Part shown: one piece after another, positions 1-8,819 of the stretch
Position numbering within the stretch: the first letter of the stretch is position 1
How the letters are laid out: every line of letters begins with the position of its first letter
Source of the DNA: an uncultured Erysipelotrichaceae bacterium
Lineage (GTDB): Bacteria > Bacillota_I > Bacilli_A > RFN20 > CAG-826
Length of the DNA stretch: 64,000 nt
Assembly (NCBI GenBank): GCA_902800025.1
Contig: CADCDA010000003.1
Location: 13,154 to 77,153 of the forward strand
Reading direction: 5' to 3'
Position numbers and translations under genes: made by a program
The notes under the pieces: model-generated
What the model saw: the letters and a program-made list of their open reading frames with translations, nothing else
What the model was told of the DNA's origin: nothing
The model's database searches: none

Positions 1-294
1 GATTCAGAAGTATCTGTGCTGTTGTAATACTTAATTGTTATAACAACGTCTTCATAGAAGGCATAGCTTAAGCACCCAGCAAAATCGTATGTTGTTTGGT
101 TATAGCTTGTTGAAGAACTGATATCAAAATAAGTTTGATAATTTGAGGTGCTTAAAGAAACCTCATGTTTTTCCATGGCTTGGGTTGTCGGTGCTGGAGT
201 ATTATTACCGCCTTCGTTATTGTTGCTGCTGTTATTTGTACAGCCACCAAGACATAAAGCTAAAAATGGAAGTAAGAATAGCATCTTTTTCATA
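1..294 (-). CDS. lipoprotein, N-terminal part only (continues beyond window start)
   Basis: Minus-strand ATG at 294..292. The signal peptide plus lipobox reads MKKMLFLLPFLALCLGGC, followed by an Asn/Ser/Thr-rich region. The ORF runs off the window edge, so it is missing from the ORF track. Confidence 0.55.
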
Positions 295-326
295 ACGTTT
301 TTACCTGCTTTCAAACAATATTTTAC

Positions 327-632
327 TCAATAAGGTATCAGGTTTCCATCGCTATCGAATTGAGGCTCATTTTTCTTGAACCTTTGGTGCTGAGCATTAT
401 GGCAATCTTTGCAAAGGAGAATCAGGTTGCTTTTTCCAAGAGTAATTTCTGGGTTGTTTATGTTTTCAGGAGTTAGCTCAATGATGTGATGCACTTCTTC
501 CCCTATTCCACCACACTTTTCACAACGACCATTAACAGAAGCTATTTTCTCAGCTCTCGCTATCTGCCACTCAGCCGAGCGGTAAAATCGGTTTATTGCT
601 TTGCATTTATTTAGCATCAGATTAAGCCCCAT
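327..632 (-). CDS. HNH endonuclease
   Basis: Cys/His HNH motif CEKCG...VHHIIEL...N...LLCKDCHNAQH. It is small (101 aa) and phage-associated. Confidence 0.8.
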   Translation of the reverse strand: MGLNLMLNKCKAINRFYRSAEWQIARAEKIASVNGRCEKCGGIGEEVHHIIELTPENINNPEITLGKSNLILLCKDCHNAQHQRFKKNEPQFDSDGNLIPY

Positions 633-1405
633 TCTCCCAGCTTTTCAAAACCTCCGATGGAGTTAACATAGTTTCTAGCAATAAGAACAATCTCTCCATA
701 AGGCTTGCCATCAACAAATTCATCACCAATAGCACAGCTAATAGTGACAGGCTTTCCGGTTTCTTGAGCTTTTAAGAAGGCGTAAATATTGACTGAAACA
801 TCAGCTTTACTTAAATCCTTCCCGTGAATGCCTCCTCCAGTAATTCCGTCACCTAAGTCAGAACCAAGCTTTCTATTAGCGGCTCCAGTATCAACTTCTG
901 TGCCTCCGCTCCAATCACCAATCGGATTGACATCAGCTTCTGGATAGATCTCTTTTATACACTTGCCTGGAACATTGCTTTGACAGATAACAAGGCGGTT
1001 TGCTTTTTCGTCAAGTACGCACTTTCCATCGTATTTCCAGTGGCTATAAAGAGAACGGACTATCTTTGATAGCTTCTTTTGTTCTTCAGTAAGCGGACAA
1101 CCTTTGAAGATGCCATTATCACCACACCTGAACTTTCCAGCTTGGTTATCAGCTAAGTGAACATCTTGCGGATATTCCTTGTAGTCAACCTTGAGCTTTC
1201 CAGCGATGCGGTAAACAATCGCTTCCACTTCTTTCTTAGTTAAGTGTGCGGAAGTTTCAGTGATAATGTGAGCGTGTCCATGGCCTATTAATATTTCAAC
1301 CGCGATACGAGGTGCTCTTTCTTTAGAATAAGCTAGGTCTACGAGAGCTCCCGCTATTCTATCCGCTAATTTATCAGGGTGACTTGGATTTACTTTCTCA
1401 AACAT
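617..1405 (-). CDS. miniaturised S-adenosylmethionine synthetase (MetK)-like protein
   Basis: N-terminal SHPDKLADRIAGALVD matches the MetK GHPDKIADQISDAVLD. C-terminal TGGGIHGKDLSKADVS matches the MetK GGGAFSGKDPSKVDRS, and GDWSGGTEVDTGAANRK matches GDCGLTGRKIIVDTYGG. It is only 262 aa, so the central domain is reduced, and it carries extra Cys residues. Confidence 0.6.
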   Translation of the reverse strand: MFEKVNPSHPDKLADRIAGALVDLAYSKERAPRIAVEILIGHGHAHIITETSAHLTKKEVEAIVYRIAGKLKVDYKEYPQDVHLADNQAGKFRCGDNGIFKGCPLTEEQKKLSKIVRSLYSHWKYDGKCVLDEKANRLVICQSNVPGKCIKEIYPEADVNPIGDWSGGTEVDTGAANRKLGSDLGDGITGGGIHGKDLSKADVSVNIYAFLKAQETGKPVTISCAIGDEFVDGKPYGEIVLIARNYVNSIGGFEKLGEWGLI

Positions 1406-1558
1406 GATGTTCTCCTTTGGAGGCTCGCTCCTAATTTAAAAAATGTGTGAAATGCCTTTACTGATTACAAAGTAATGAGTAAAGAAGCAAAAAAGCACCG
1501 AAGTAGGTGCCTTATTGATAGACTCCCTTATTATTAATAGGGAGACTATCTAATAAAC

Positions 1559-1807
1559 CTATTCGATGTCCACTAACCCATGAAGGCTCCCTTCCTCATA
1601 GATTTCTTTGAGTTCATCTGAGGTGTAGATGAGAACCTGGGCTTCAGGCATCGTTTTTGGTTTGTCAGTAGCGAAGACTATGGAGTTATTCCAGAATCCA
1701 ACTGCTACTCTTGGTTTATTGAAGAGGAGCACCGTGCGGTTAAGCTTGATGCCCTTCTTTTCGGTAATCTTAACAATTATTTCTAATCCCATGATTATGC
1801 CTCCCAA
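1559..1807 (-). CDS. hypothetical small phage protein
   Basis: ORF lies in the operon context and overlaps its neighbours by a few nt. No recognisable motif. Confidence 0.3.
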   Translation of the reverse strand: MGGIIMGLEIIVKITEKKGIKLNRTVLLFNKPRVAVGFWNNSIVFATDKPKTMPEAQVLIYTSDELKEIYEEGSLHGLVDIE

Positions 1808-2235
1808 GGTTTATTAAGCCATTCAACAAGCTCTTTAACTGAGTCTGTTTCAAATAAGGCATTGTCTGAATGGAATTGACCATCTGGCGTTCTTCCATAA
1901 ACGGTATATTTCTTTTGGTTCCAGCAGCAGTCTAATTGAATGGTAAATTGAACCTCTCCAGTTTCTAAGTCCGCAAAGCGGAAGTCGTCATATAAAGGTC
2001 CATTCAATGGGCAATTGTTTTTGAACCAAACGTACCAGTTTTTGAAGTTTACTTTTCCACCTTCTCTGAGTTTAGAAATAATGTTGCCCATTCTTTTGGT
2101 TTTTCTACCTAAAGAGCTGTCTTTACAAAACCAGTCGTACCACCCTGCTTTAATTTGGGTTTTAACATCTTCTGAATCGAAGTCTCCAAGAATGAAGCTT
2201 CCTATCCAGGATTGTAAGCAAATTCTGTTTTCCAT
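1795..2235 (-). CDS. hypothetical phage protein (Trp/Cys-rich)
   Basis: 146-aa ORF that is translationally coupled to its neighbours. No recognisable motif. Confidence 0.45.
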   Translation of the reverse strand: MENRICLQSWIGSFILGDFDSEDVKTQIKAGWYDWFCKDSSLGRKTKRMGNIISKLREGGKVNFKNWYVWFKNNCPLNGPLYDDFRFADLETGEVQFTIQLDCCWNQKKYTVYGRTPDGQFHSDNALFETDSVKELVEWLNKPWEA

Positions 2236-2450
2236 TATCTTAACCCCCTCCAGAGTGGTCTGAGTTCAACAGGGGTATTCTCCCAATCTACCTCATCCAT
2301 TGCTAAGCCATCAGCGATGCAGCCTTTGATGCAGCTGATCCATTTGGCTTGGTAAGAATTGTCCTTATCCATTGTTTCGTCCGTAACCCCCGCTTCAAGG
2401 TATCTCTTGAGAAGGGTTTCTAAGCCTTTTTTGGTTTCAATATAGTGCAT
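2235..2450 (-). CDS. hypothetical small phage protein
   Basis: 71-aa ORF. Its start is preceded by a GGAGG-like sequence (aaaaggaggtcagaat ATG). Confidence 0.45.
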   Translation of the reverse strand: MHYIETKKGLETLLKRYLEAGVTDETMDKDNSYQAKWISCIKGCIADGLAMDEVDWENTPVELRPLWRGLR

Positions 2451-2574
2451 ATTCTGACCTCCTTTTGGTCATGTATATACTCTCGTAAACCTTTAGGTTT
2501 ATCAACATATATCGACACTATTTTGATACAATTTTTACCTATGCACGTAAAGGGAATAAAACTGGAAAAACTTG

Positions 2575-3801
2575 TCAATTAAGGAAGTCGCCATCTTCTA
2601 AAACGCGGTAATCGCTGATTTCAGAAAGAGGTGTTTTCTTGCCATCTCTCACGAGGTAGCAGTTATCGTAGCTTTGAACTAATCTGAGGTAGCGTTTAAC
2701 AATGACATCGACATACTTTTCATCAAGCTCAATGAGATAAGCTTTTCTTTTAAGTTGCTCCGCTGCCATCATGGTGCTACCACTACCACCAAATGGATCA
2801 AGAACGATCTCTCCTTTTCTGGAGGAGTTTTCGATGGCTTTACAAATAAGCTCAACAGGCTTCATAGTTGGATGAAGATCATTGTGCTTAGGCTTATCGA
2901 AATCCCAGCGAGTGGTTTGGGTTCTGTCGTTTGTGAAATAATGAGCAGCTCCCTCTTTCCAGCCGTAAGCGATAGGCTCTACTTGAGCGTGATAGTCTTT
3001 TCTTCCTAAAGGAAAGGTATCCTTAACCCAGCAGATAATCTGAGAAAACTTGAATCCCGCTTCTTTGATTGCAAGAAGGAAATTAAGTTCTTCAACATCG
3101 CTATGGAAAATATAGAAAGGACAGCCAGGCTTACACGCATTGAACGCATTCACAAAAGCTGCCTTTAAGAAAGAGAGGAACGATTCGCTATCCATTTTGT
3201 CGTTTTGAATCTTTCCCGCAGTTCCTTCATAGTCCACGTTATATGGCGGATCCGTAAAGAGGAGATCTACTTCTTTTCCTTCAATGAGGATATCGAAGTT
3301 TTCCTTTTTGGTTGAGTCTCCACATAAAAGCTTATGACCGTTTAATAAAAAGAGATCGCCTTTTTGAGAATATGGGTTCTCAGGAAGCTCGTCTTTTATC
3401 TCATCTTGTTCAGGTTCTTTTTCAAACTCTAAGTCGAAACCGAATTGCTCCATGTCCATCTCGATGCTGTCGAGTTCTTCCTGAAGTTTAGAGTCGATCC
3501 AGGTTGCGATAGAACTTACTTGATTATCAGCAAGCCTAAAGGCTTTGATTTGGTCTTCATCTAAATCATCCGCAATGATACAAGGTACTTTGCTAATGCC
3601 TAATTTGTGACAAGCTTTAATTCTGGTGTGTCCGCAAACGATCACGTTATCCTTATCAATAACAATAGGGATTTTGAAACCGAATTCTCTGATGGAGTTT
3701 GCTACTGCTTCCACCGCTTCATCGTTGTTTCTTGGATTGTTTTCATAAGCTTTGAGCTCTGAGACATCCTTAATCACTATCTTCGGAATCTTCACTTCCA
3801 T
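2575..3801 (-). CDS. ParB-like nuclease domain fused to N4/N6 DNA methyltransferase (DPPY)
   Basis: N-terminal ParB/Srx-like motif (GHTRIKA). Methyltransferase catalytic motif FTDPPYNVDY and SAM-binding LDPFGGSGST. The likely true start is the ATG at 3801 with a GGAGG 10 nt upstream; the ORF-track start at 3855 is read-through. Confidence 0.8.
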   Translation of the reverse strand: MEVKIPKIVIKDVSELKAYENNPRNNDEAVEAVANSIREFGFKIPIVIDKDNVIVCGHTRIKACHKLGISKVPCIIADDLDEDQIKAFRLADNQVSSIATWIDSKLQEELDSIEMDMEQFGFDLEFEKEPEQDEIKDELPENPYSQKGDLFLLNGHKLLCGDSTKKENFDILIEGKEVDLLFTDPPYNVDYEGTAGKIQNDKMDSESFLSFLKAAFVNAFNACKPGCPFYIFHSDVEELNFLLAIKEAGFKFSQIICWVKDTFPLGRKDYHAQVEPIAYGWKEGAAHYFTNDRTQTTRWDFDKPKHNDLHPTMKPVELICKAIENSSRKGEIVLDPFGGSGSTMMAAEQLKRKAYLIELDEKYVDVIVKRYLRLVQSYDNCYLVRDGKKTPLSEISDYRVLEDGDFLN

Positions 3802-4270
3802 TGAGCCATACCTCCCCGCCTGCTTCAATTTTTTTCTCAGCAAGTTCGTAGTCAAAAGATCTCTCGGAATACTCTCTTCCGAAGTTGTGACTTAGAAGAT
3901 AAACGATGGCTTTGTAGTCGCCAGGAATATGCTTCTTGTACTTGTGAGCTTTTTTCTTTTTGTTTGCTTTATTGGAGACACCCTCTTCTAAGTACTGGTC
4001 TTCTTCAGTTACTTCGTAACCTATAGCCTTTTTGTACATAGCTCCAATGAGATTTCTTTTGAGATCAAGTCTGGCATCTTGCTTTAGCCTTTCGATCTCT
4101 GGGTGTTTTCTTTTTAACTTTATGAAAGTGGCTTCGTCCATCTGTAGGCGTTCACAGATTTCCTTTTGAGTCACTAGCTTTGAGAAGCAGTCGAATAAGA
4201 AATCTCGAACCTCTGGCCACTTTCCGGTTTCGTTCCACATTTCAAAAAGGTCTTTTCTGGTTTTGCCCAT
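3770..4270 (-). CDS. hypothetical phage DNA-binding protein (HTH-like)
   Basis: Strong RBS AGGAGGAAG 5 nt upstream of ATG 4270 (MGKTRKDLFEMW...). The upstream extension to 4375 in the ORF track is probably not translated. It has an HTH-like segment, ICERLQMDEATF. Confidence 0.5.
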   Translation of the reverse strand: MGKTRKDLFEMWNETGKWPEVRDFLFDCFSKLVTQKEICERLQMDEATFIKLKRKHPEIERLKQDARLDLKRNLIGAMYKKAIGYEVTEEDQYLEEGVSNKANKKKKAHKYKKHIPGDYKAIVYLLSHNFGREYSERSFDYELAEKKIEAGGEVWLNGSEDSEDSD

Positions 4271-4393
4271 AAGACTTCCTCCTAAAATGTGTATGAAAAA
4301 ACCTCTCCTAAGAGAGGCCTTGTTTCTATAGCTTTCGCCTATTTTAACATTATCAGAAGAATGCTGCTTTTTCAATCTTCTAAAAGCTAGCTT

Positions 4394-4828
4394 TTACTGC
4401 CTTTTACTATCTTCTTTTATTTTTACCAGAGATAGAGCTTTTCGATGGAGCTTAAAGACATAAGATTCAGCGTATCCAAGCTTGTCCGCTACTTCATTCC
4501 AATCCCAGCAATTAACATAGCGATAAGTGAGGACTAGTTCCATCACCGCATCATCTACTGTAGCGATCGCTTCTTGGATCTCATCTTTTAGAGTGAGAAG
4601 TTCTTCAATCTTTTCATCGATTTGCTTTCTCTTCTTTTCAAGCTTATCAAGGTAACGTACAAATGGAGCTTTCAAGGAAGGTGACTTTTGCACTCTTGGT
4701 TCATCATAGTTGATGCCCTGTGTTCCATCCGCAAGAAGTTCCAAACAATGAAGTTCTTCTTTTAAGGAGTCCACTTTAAGCGATAAGTAATAGTATCTTG
4801 ATAAATATTCTTTTACGTCATCGTACAT
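4394..4828 (-). CDS. sigma-70 region-4-like phage transcriptional regulator (ArpU/RinA-like)
   Basis: C-terminal HTH WNEVADKLGYAESYVFKLHRKAL resembles sigma region 4. Confidence 0.5.
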   Translation of the reverse strand: MYDDVKEYLSRYYYLSLKVDSLKEELHCLELLADGTQGINYDEPRVQKSPSLKAPFVRYLDKLEKKRKQIDEKIEELLTLKDEIQEAIATVDDAVMELVLTYRYVNCWDWNEVADKLGYAESYVFKLHRKALSLVKIKEDSKRQ

Positions 4829-6197
4829 CTTCCTTTCCTCCTAACTTGACTTTGACTGCTTCAAAGAGAGCATTTTGCATTGTCTCTTTGCCTTCTAATA
4901 CTTTTAGTATTGTTTCATCAACAGTGTCAGCGGCAACTATATGAGTAACCACTACTGTTGAGGATTTTTGACCTTGGCGATAAAGCCTGGCATTTGTTTG
5001 CTGATAAAGTTCTAAAGACCAGGTAAGTCCATACCAGCAAATAGCACTTCCACCATCTTGAAGATTTAGTCCATGCCCTGCTGAAGCCGGATGAATTAAA
5101 CCAACCTCTAGCTCACCAGCATTCCACTTTCTAAAGCTTTCGGCAGTATCTAGTTCCATATAGTTGATCTTTAGCTCATCAAGCCTTCCCTTGATTCTTT
5201 CTAAATCAGATCGATACCAGTAAGCAACTAAGAGAGGCTGACCATTTTGGGCTTCAATAATGTCTTCCAGAGCATCAAGCTTCTTAGAATGGATGATTTC
5301 AGTTTTTCCATCTTCGGTATAAACCGCTCCGTTTGCATATTGAGTAAGCTTTCCAGTAAGAACCGCAGCATTAGCTACTGAGATGTCCTTATCTTCAAGC
5401 GAGAGAACTAGTTCTCTTCTGAAATCTTTATAGGCTTTCATCTCCTTGTCAGAGAGATAAACCTTGTAAGCATTTGAGATAAGCTTTGGCATCTTGATGT
5501 GATCAATGGCTCTCATTGAAATTGTGATATCGCTAATAGAGTCAAAGATTGCTTCTTTAGCTCCTGAGATTGGTCGATAAGAGAACACCACTTCTCCATT
5601 GTGCTTATCTGGTACAAAGTACATGTTGCGGTAATGAGTGATGAATCTTCCTAAGCGTTTCCCGTAATCAAGAAGTCTGAATTCAGCCCAGAGATCCATG
5701 AGCCCATTTCCTGCTGGAGTACCAGTTAATCCAACTATGCGATCAGAATTAGCTCTTACCGCTAATAAGGATTTGAACCTTTTAGCTTTATGGTTTTTGA
5801 AGCTAGAAAGTTCATCAATTACGATCATGTCGAAGTCGAACTTATATCCGCTTTCTTCTATGAGCCAGGAAACGTTTTCCCTATTGATAATGTAGATGTC
5901 AGCTTTGCTGTTTAAAGCTTTAAGTCTAGTTTTTAAGTCGCCAACCACTACTGAAGCTTTGAGAATCTTAAGATGATCCCACTTCTTTAATTCGTTAGGC
6001 CAGGTATCACGAGCAACACGCAAGGGTGCAATTATTAATACTTTCCTTATTTCAAAAGAATCAAAGAGAAGATCATTCAATGCAGAAAGAGTAATAACTG
6101 TCTTTCCTAAACCCATATCGAGCAAAACTGCAGAGATAGGATTTGCTTCTATGAAGTTAGTCGCGAACTTTTGATATTCATGAGCTACGTATTGCAT
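4818..6197 (-). CDS. SNF2-family (SF2) helicase, phage type
   Basis: Walker A LLDMGLGKTVI, DExx box VIDELSSF, motif III LTGTP and motif VI-like QGQKS. Confidence 0.85.
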   Translation of the reverse strand: MQYVAHEYQKFATNFIEANPISAVLLDMGLGKTVITLSALNDLLFDSFEIRKVLIIAPLRVARDTWPNELKKWDHLKILKASVVVGDLKTRLKALNSKADIYIINRENVSWLIEESGYKFDFDMIVIDELSSFKNHKAKRFKSLLAVRANSDRIVGLTGTPAGNGLMDLWAEFRLLDYGKRLGRFITHYRNMYFVPDKHNGEVVFSYRPISGAKEAIFDSISDITISMRAIDHIKMPKLISNAYKVYLSDKEMKAYKDFRRELVLSLEDKDISVANAAVLTGKLTQYANGAVYTEDGKTEIIHSKKLDALEDIIEAQNGQPLLVAYWYRSDLERIKGRLDELKINYMELDTAESFRKWNAGELEVGLIHPASAGHGLNLQDGGSAICWYGLTWSLELYQQTNARLYRQGQKSSTVVVTHIVAADTVDETILKVLEGKETMQNALFEAVKVKLGGKEDVR

Positions 6198-6462
6198 CGA
6201 TTATTCCTCCTATTTGGCTTTCCTTGTCTAACACGTAGACTTGAAAACCCAGTTCTTGTAGCTGTTTGTGTCGGATTTTTTGCAGTTTTCTCGGTTTTTT
6301 CTTGGGAGCTTTTACTTCAACGAAGCCTATTTTGCCAATAGCGATGAGGATGAGGCGGTCAGGCATACCAGCAAGACCAGGAGATACAAATTTAAGAGCT
6401 AGACCACCAAGAGCTTTGATTTCCTTGCAGAGTTTTTTCTCAAGTTCTGACTCTTTTGCCAT
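6178..6462 (-). CDS. VRR-NUC domain nuclease
   Basis: A 94-aa protein with the PD-(D/E)xK-like core GMPDRLIL...VEVK that is typical of VRR-NUC. It is in its usual position, downstream of the SNF2 helicase. Confidence 0.7.
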   Translation of the reverse strand: MAKESELEKKLCKEIKALGGLALKFVSPGLAGMPDRLILIAIGKIGFVEVKAPKKKPRKLQKIRHKQLQELGFQVYVLDKESQIGGIIDAIRSS

Positions 6463-6780
6463 AGCTTGTCCTGCCTTTTCGGGAGGTTGTCCCGGATTTT
6501 TTGTGGTTTTGAGTGTTTTTCATAACAAGTTAATACAAAGTATTACTTCTTTTGGGCGGGACAAGTGGACAGGACAACCCGGATTTTTCCTATAGATTTA
6601 TAAAACATATGATTAGTTTTTTTCTTAACAATGCTTTCACATTATTAGCTAAATCTTGTCCAGGTTGTCCACTTGTCCTTAAGAACCACTTTTACTCTGT
6701 AACTTGTATACTCTTTGGCGGCCATAACCTGGGACAACTTTTCTTTCGCTTGTCCTTGTCCACCCTTCAATGCTCTTCAT
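6463..6780. repeat. iteron/inverted-repeat cluster (GGACAAG/GGACAAC motif), candidate replication origin
   Basis: At least 8 copies of GGACAA[GC] / [GC]TTGTCC lie in both orientations. A 16-21 bp inverted repeat, GGACAAGTGGACA(GGACA)ACC at 6558-6578 and GGTTGTCCACTTGTCC at 6663-6678, flanks an AT-rich 84-bp spacer. CCCGGATTTTT is repeated at 6493 and 6578. The cluster lies in the intergene between the primase and VRR-NUC genes and extends into the primase 3' end. Confidence 0.45.
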
Positions 6781-8772
6781 GATCGCTGAGATCGCATAGG
6801 AGTCGCTGGCTGTGAAATCTTCTTTTCTTTTGCCTAAGCATTCAGTCCAGATTTCAATGTTGCTAACTTCGGTCCTTTTAACAGTCCCTTCTTTATGCAT
6901 TTCATGACCTATATCGCCTAAGAAAGAGATTCGAGCCCCTATGTCCATCTTCCACCAGTCTTCAGGAAGAAGAGTATTAAGGTATTCTCTAACAAGGCCC
7001 TCTCTTTCGTCGTGTTCCATTGCACCATTGGTAGCTTCTTCTGCAGCTTGAGATAATTCTTCGCTATCTAAGAAAAGGTTTTCTCCTTTAGCGGCAATCT
7101 CCACTACTTCGGACCAGATTTGATCTATTATATCGGCAGTAAGCTCCCATGCTTTTTTACTACCGGTACCTGGAGTTCTGACAGGCCAGAAACGTCTGTT
7201 TCCTGTAATGTCTCTAAGAAAGCCGTCCTCAGCATTTGTTGTGGCAAAGAAGATGCATTGTCTAGGGTGAGAATTAACTCTTCTTCCAAAGGAAGCTCTG
7301 TATTTGTCGTCCTGCCTAGAGATAAAAGCTTTAACTTTATCAATGTCGGCCTTTTTCATGCCAGCCAACTCACCGATTTCCAAGATCCAATAACCCTGAA
7401 GCTTTTCTGCTGCGGTTTTATCGTTCATATCAGAAATGTTCAAAGAGTCCGAATACCAATCCATCCCTAGCTTTGCAATAGCTGTTGATTTGCCCACCCC
7501 TTGAGGGCCATTAAGAACCAGGATATAGTCAAACTTAATGCCTGGATTAAATACTCTTTTGTAAGCAGCGACTAGAATTTTCCTAATCACTGCTCTAGTG
7601 TATGGAGTATCTTCGGCACCAAAATAGTCGACAAGGAAGGTTTCAACTCTTGGAGTTCCATCCCATTTAGGAAGTTTTTCAAAATAATTCCTTATTGGAT
7701 GGTAGCTTCTATCATCAACGACTTTTGTTACTGCGTTGTTATAATTCTCTTTAGAGAAATTGGTATAAGTTTTGTTAATGTAGCACACAAGTTGGGCATC
7801 ATCGGCATCTCTCCAGAATCTAGATTTCGCAGGCCATGCTACAGGACCTATTATTTCTATGTCTGTTGCGAGCTCGTTATAAACAATGTTTTTAAGAAGA
7901 GGATCATTGTTAAGAATTAATTCAAGGTTTTCAGTGCAATTCACTATTGCGTGAGTTTTGTCATTCTTGATAAATTCGTCCTGCCAATTCTTATATTGTT
8001 CAGGAGGGACATAACCTTTGGTTAAAATCAAACGATTATAAAAGCTGTTTAAACTCTTCCAAATCGTGTTTTTGATTTCTTCTTCTTCAAGAGGAGGTTC
8101 ACATACCTTTTCATTTCTTTCTAAAATGAGAGAGTAGGCTTTATCTGTGTAACCATATCTTTTAACGACTTTTGCACCAAAGCTAGAAAGATAACCATTT
8201 CTATGGCCTTCGCCAACCTTGAATGAAGCATCTTTTTCATCATCAATCCACTTCATGAAATCATCAACATTGAAAGTACCTTCTATAATCTCAACATTTG
8301 GATTTATAGTCCCATAAAAGAACCTAGCTGCATCCACTGCATTAGAGTCAAAAAACGGGAAATAACTATTAACCTTCAGTTTTAAGTTTTTATAAGTTTC
8401 AATATCTGCTATTTCTTTAATTGGAAAAAGGATGTGAAATTTTGGTCTTGCGGCTTTTCCGTTCTTCGGTTTGTTGTGGCTTTTTGAGTAATGAATCATC
8501 ATTGTGACATTAGGAAACCATTCCTTAACCATTTCTAGGTCAACCCAAGTTGATGGATCATCAGAATGATCGTTATCACAATCAAGCATAAGGCAGTCTG
8601 AAGTAATGAAGTTTTTATTGCTTCTGGTGTTCTTTTCATATTCGGCCCCAACGTAATCGTGAGAAACAACTTCGATCAAATCTTCACGAGTTTTAATCTC
8701 TTTGAAATTTGGATAAAGCTTGTTTTGTTGTTTGCCTACAACATTGGCATAAAAACACTTCATAACAACCAT
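6679..8772 (-). CDS. primase-polymerase / D5(P4)-type SF3 helicase (phage replicative primase-helicase)
   Basis: Walker A VLNGPQGVGKST sits at about aa 430, and a Walker B-like ILEIGEL follows. There is a large N-terminal primase-like domain. This architecture is typical of phage/plasmid primase C-terminal D5 NTPases. Confidence 0.75.
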   Translation of the reverse strand: MVVMKCFYANVVGKQQNKLYPNFKEIKTREDLIEVVSHDYVGAEYEKNTRSNKNFITSDCLMLDCDNDHSDDPSTWVDLEMVKEWFPNVTMMIHYSKSHNKPKNGKAARPKFHILFPIKEIADIETYKNLKLKVNSYFPFFDSNAVDAARFFYGTINPNVEIIEGTFNVDDFMKWIDDEKDASFKVGEGHRNGYLSSFGAKVVKRYGYTDKAYSLILERNEKVCEPPLEEEEIKNTIWKSLNSFYNRLILTKGYVPPEQYKNWQDEFIKNDKTHAIVNCTENLELILNNDPLLKNIVYNELATDIEIIGPVAWPAKSRFWRDADDAQLVCYINKTYTNFSKENYNNAVTKVVDDRSYHPIRNYFEKLPKWDGTPRVETFLVDYFGAEDTPYTRAVIRKILVAAYKRVFNPGIKFDYILVLNGPQGVGKSTAIAKLGMDWYSDSLNISDMNDKTAAEKLQGYWILEIGELAGMKKADIDKVKAFISRQDDKYRASFGRRVNSHPRQCIFFATTNAEDGFLRDITGNRRFWPVRTPGTGSKKAWELTADIIDQIWSEVVEIAAKGENLFLDSEELSQAAEEATNGAMEHDEREGLVREYLNTLLPEDWWKMDIGARISFLGDIGHEMHKEGTVKRTEVSNIEIWTECLGKRKEDFTASDSYAISAIMKSIEGWTRTSERKVVPGYGRQRVYKLQSKSGS

Positions 8773-8819
8773 CCTCCTTTTCTTTATTAATTGTTTTATA
8801 AACTAGGTTCATATTGTGG

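Noticed and set aside
148-333. 61-aa plus-strand ORF with signal-peptide-like text
   Set aside because: It is antisense to the minus-strand lipoprotein gene at 1-294, which carries the real signal peptide and lipobox.
3770-4375. N-terminal 35-aa extension of the 201-aa ORF (MKKQHSS...)
   Set aside because: A strong AGGAGGAAG RBS sits immediately before the internal ATG at 4270. The extension is probably untranslated leader.
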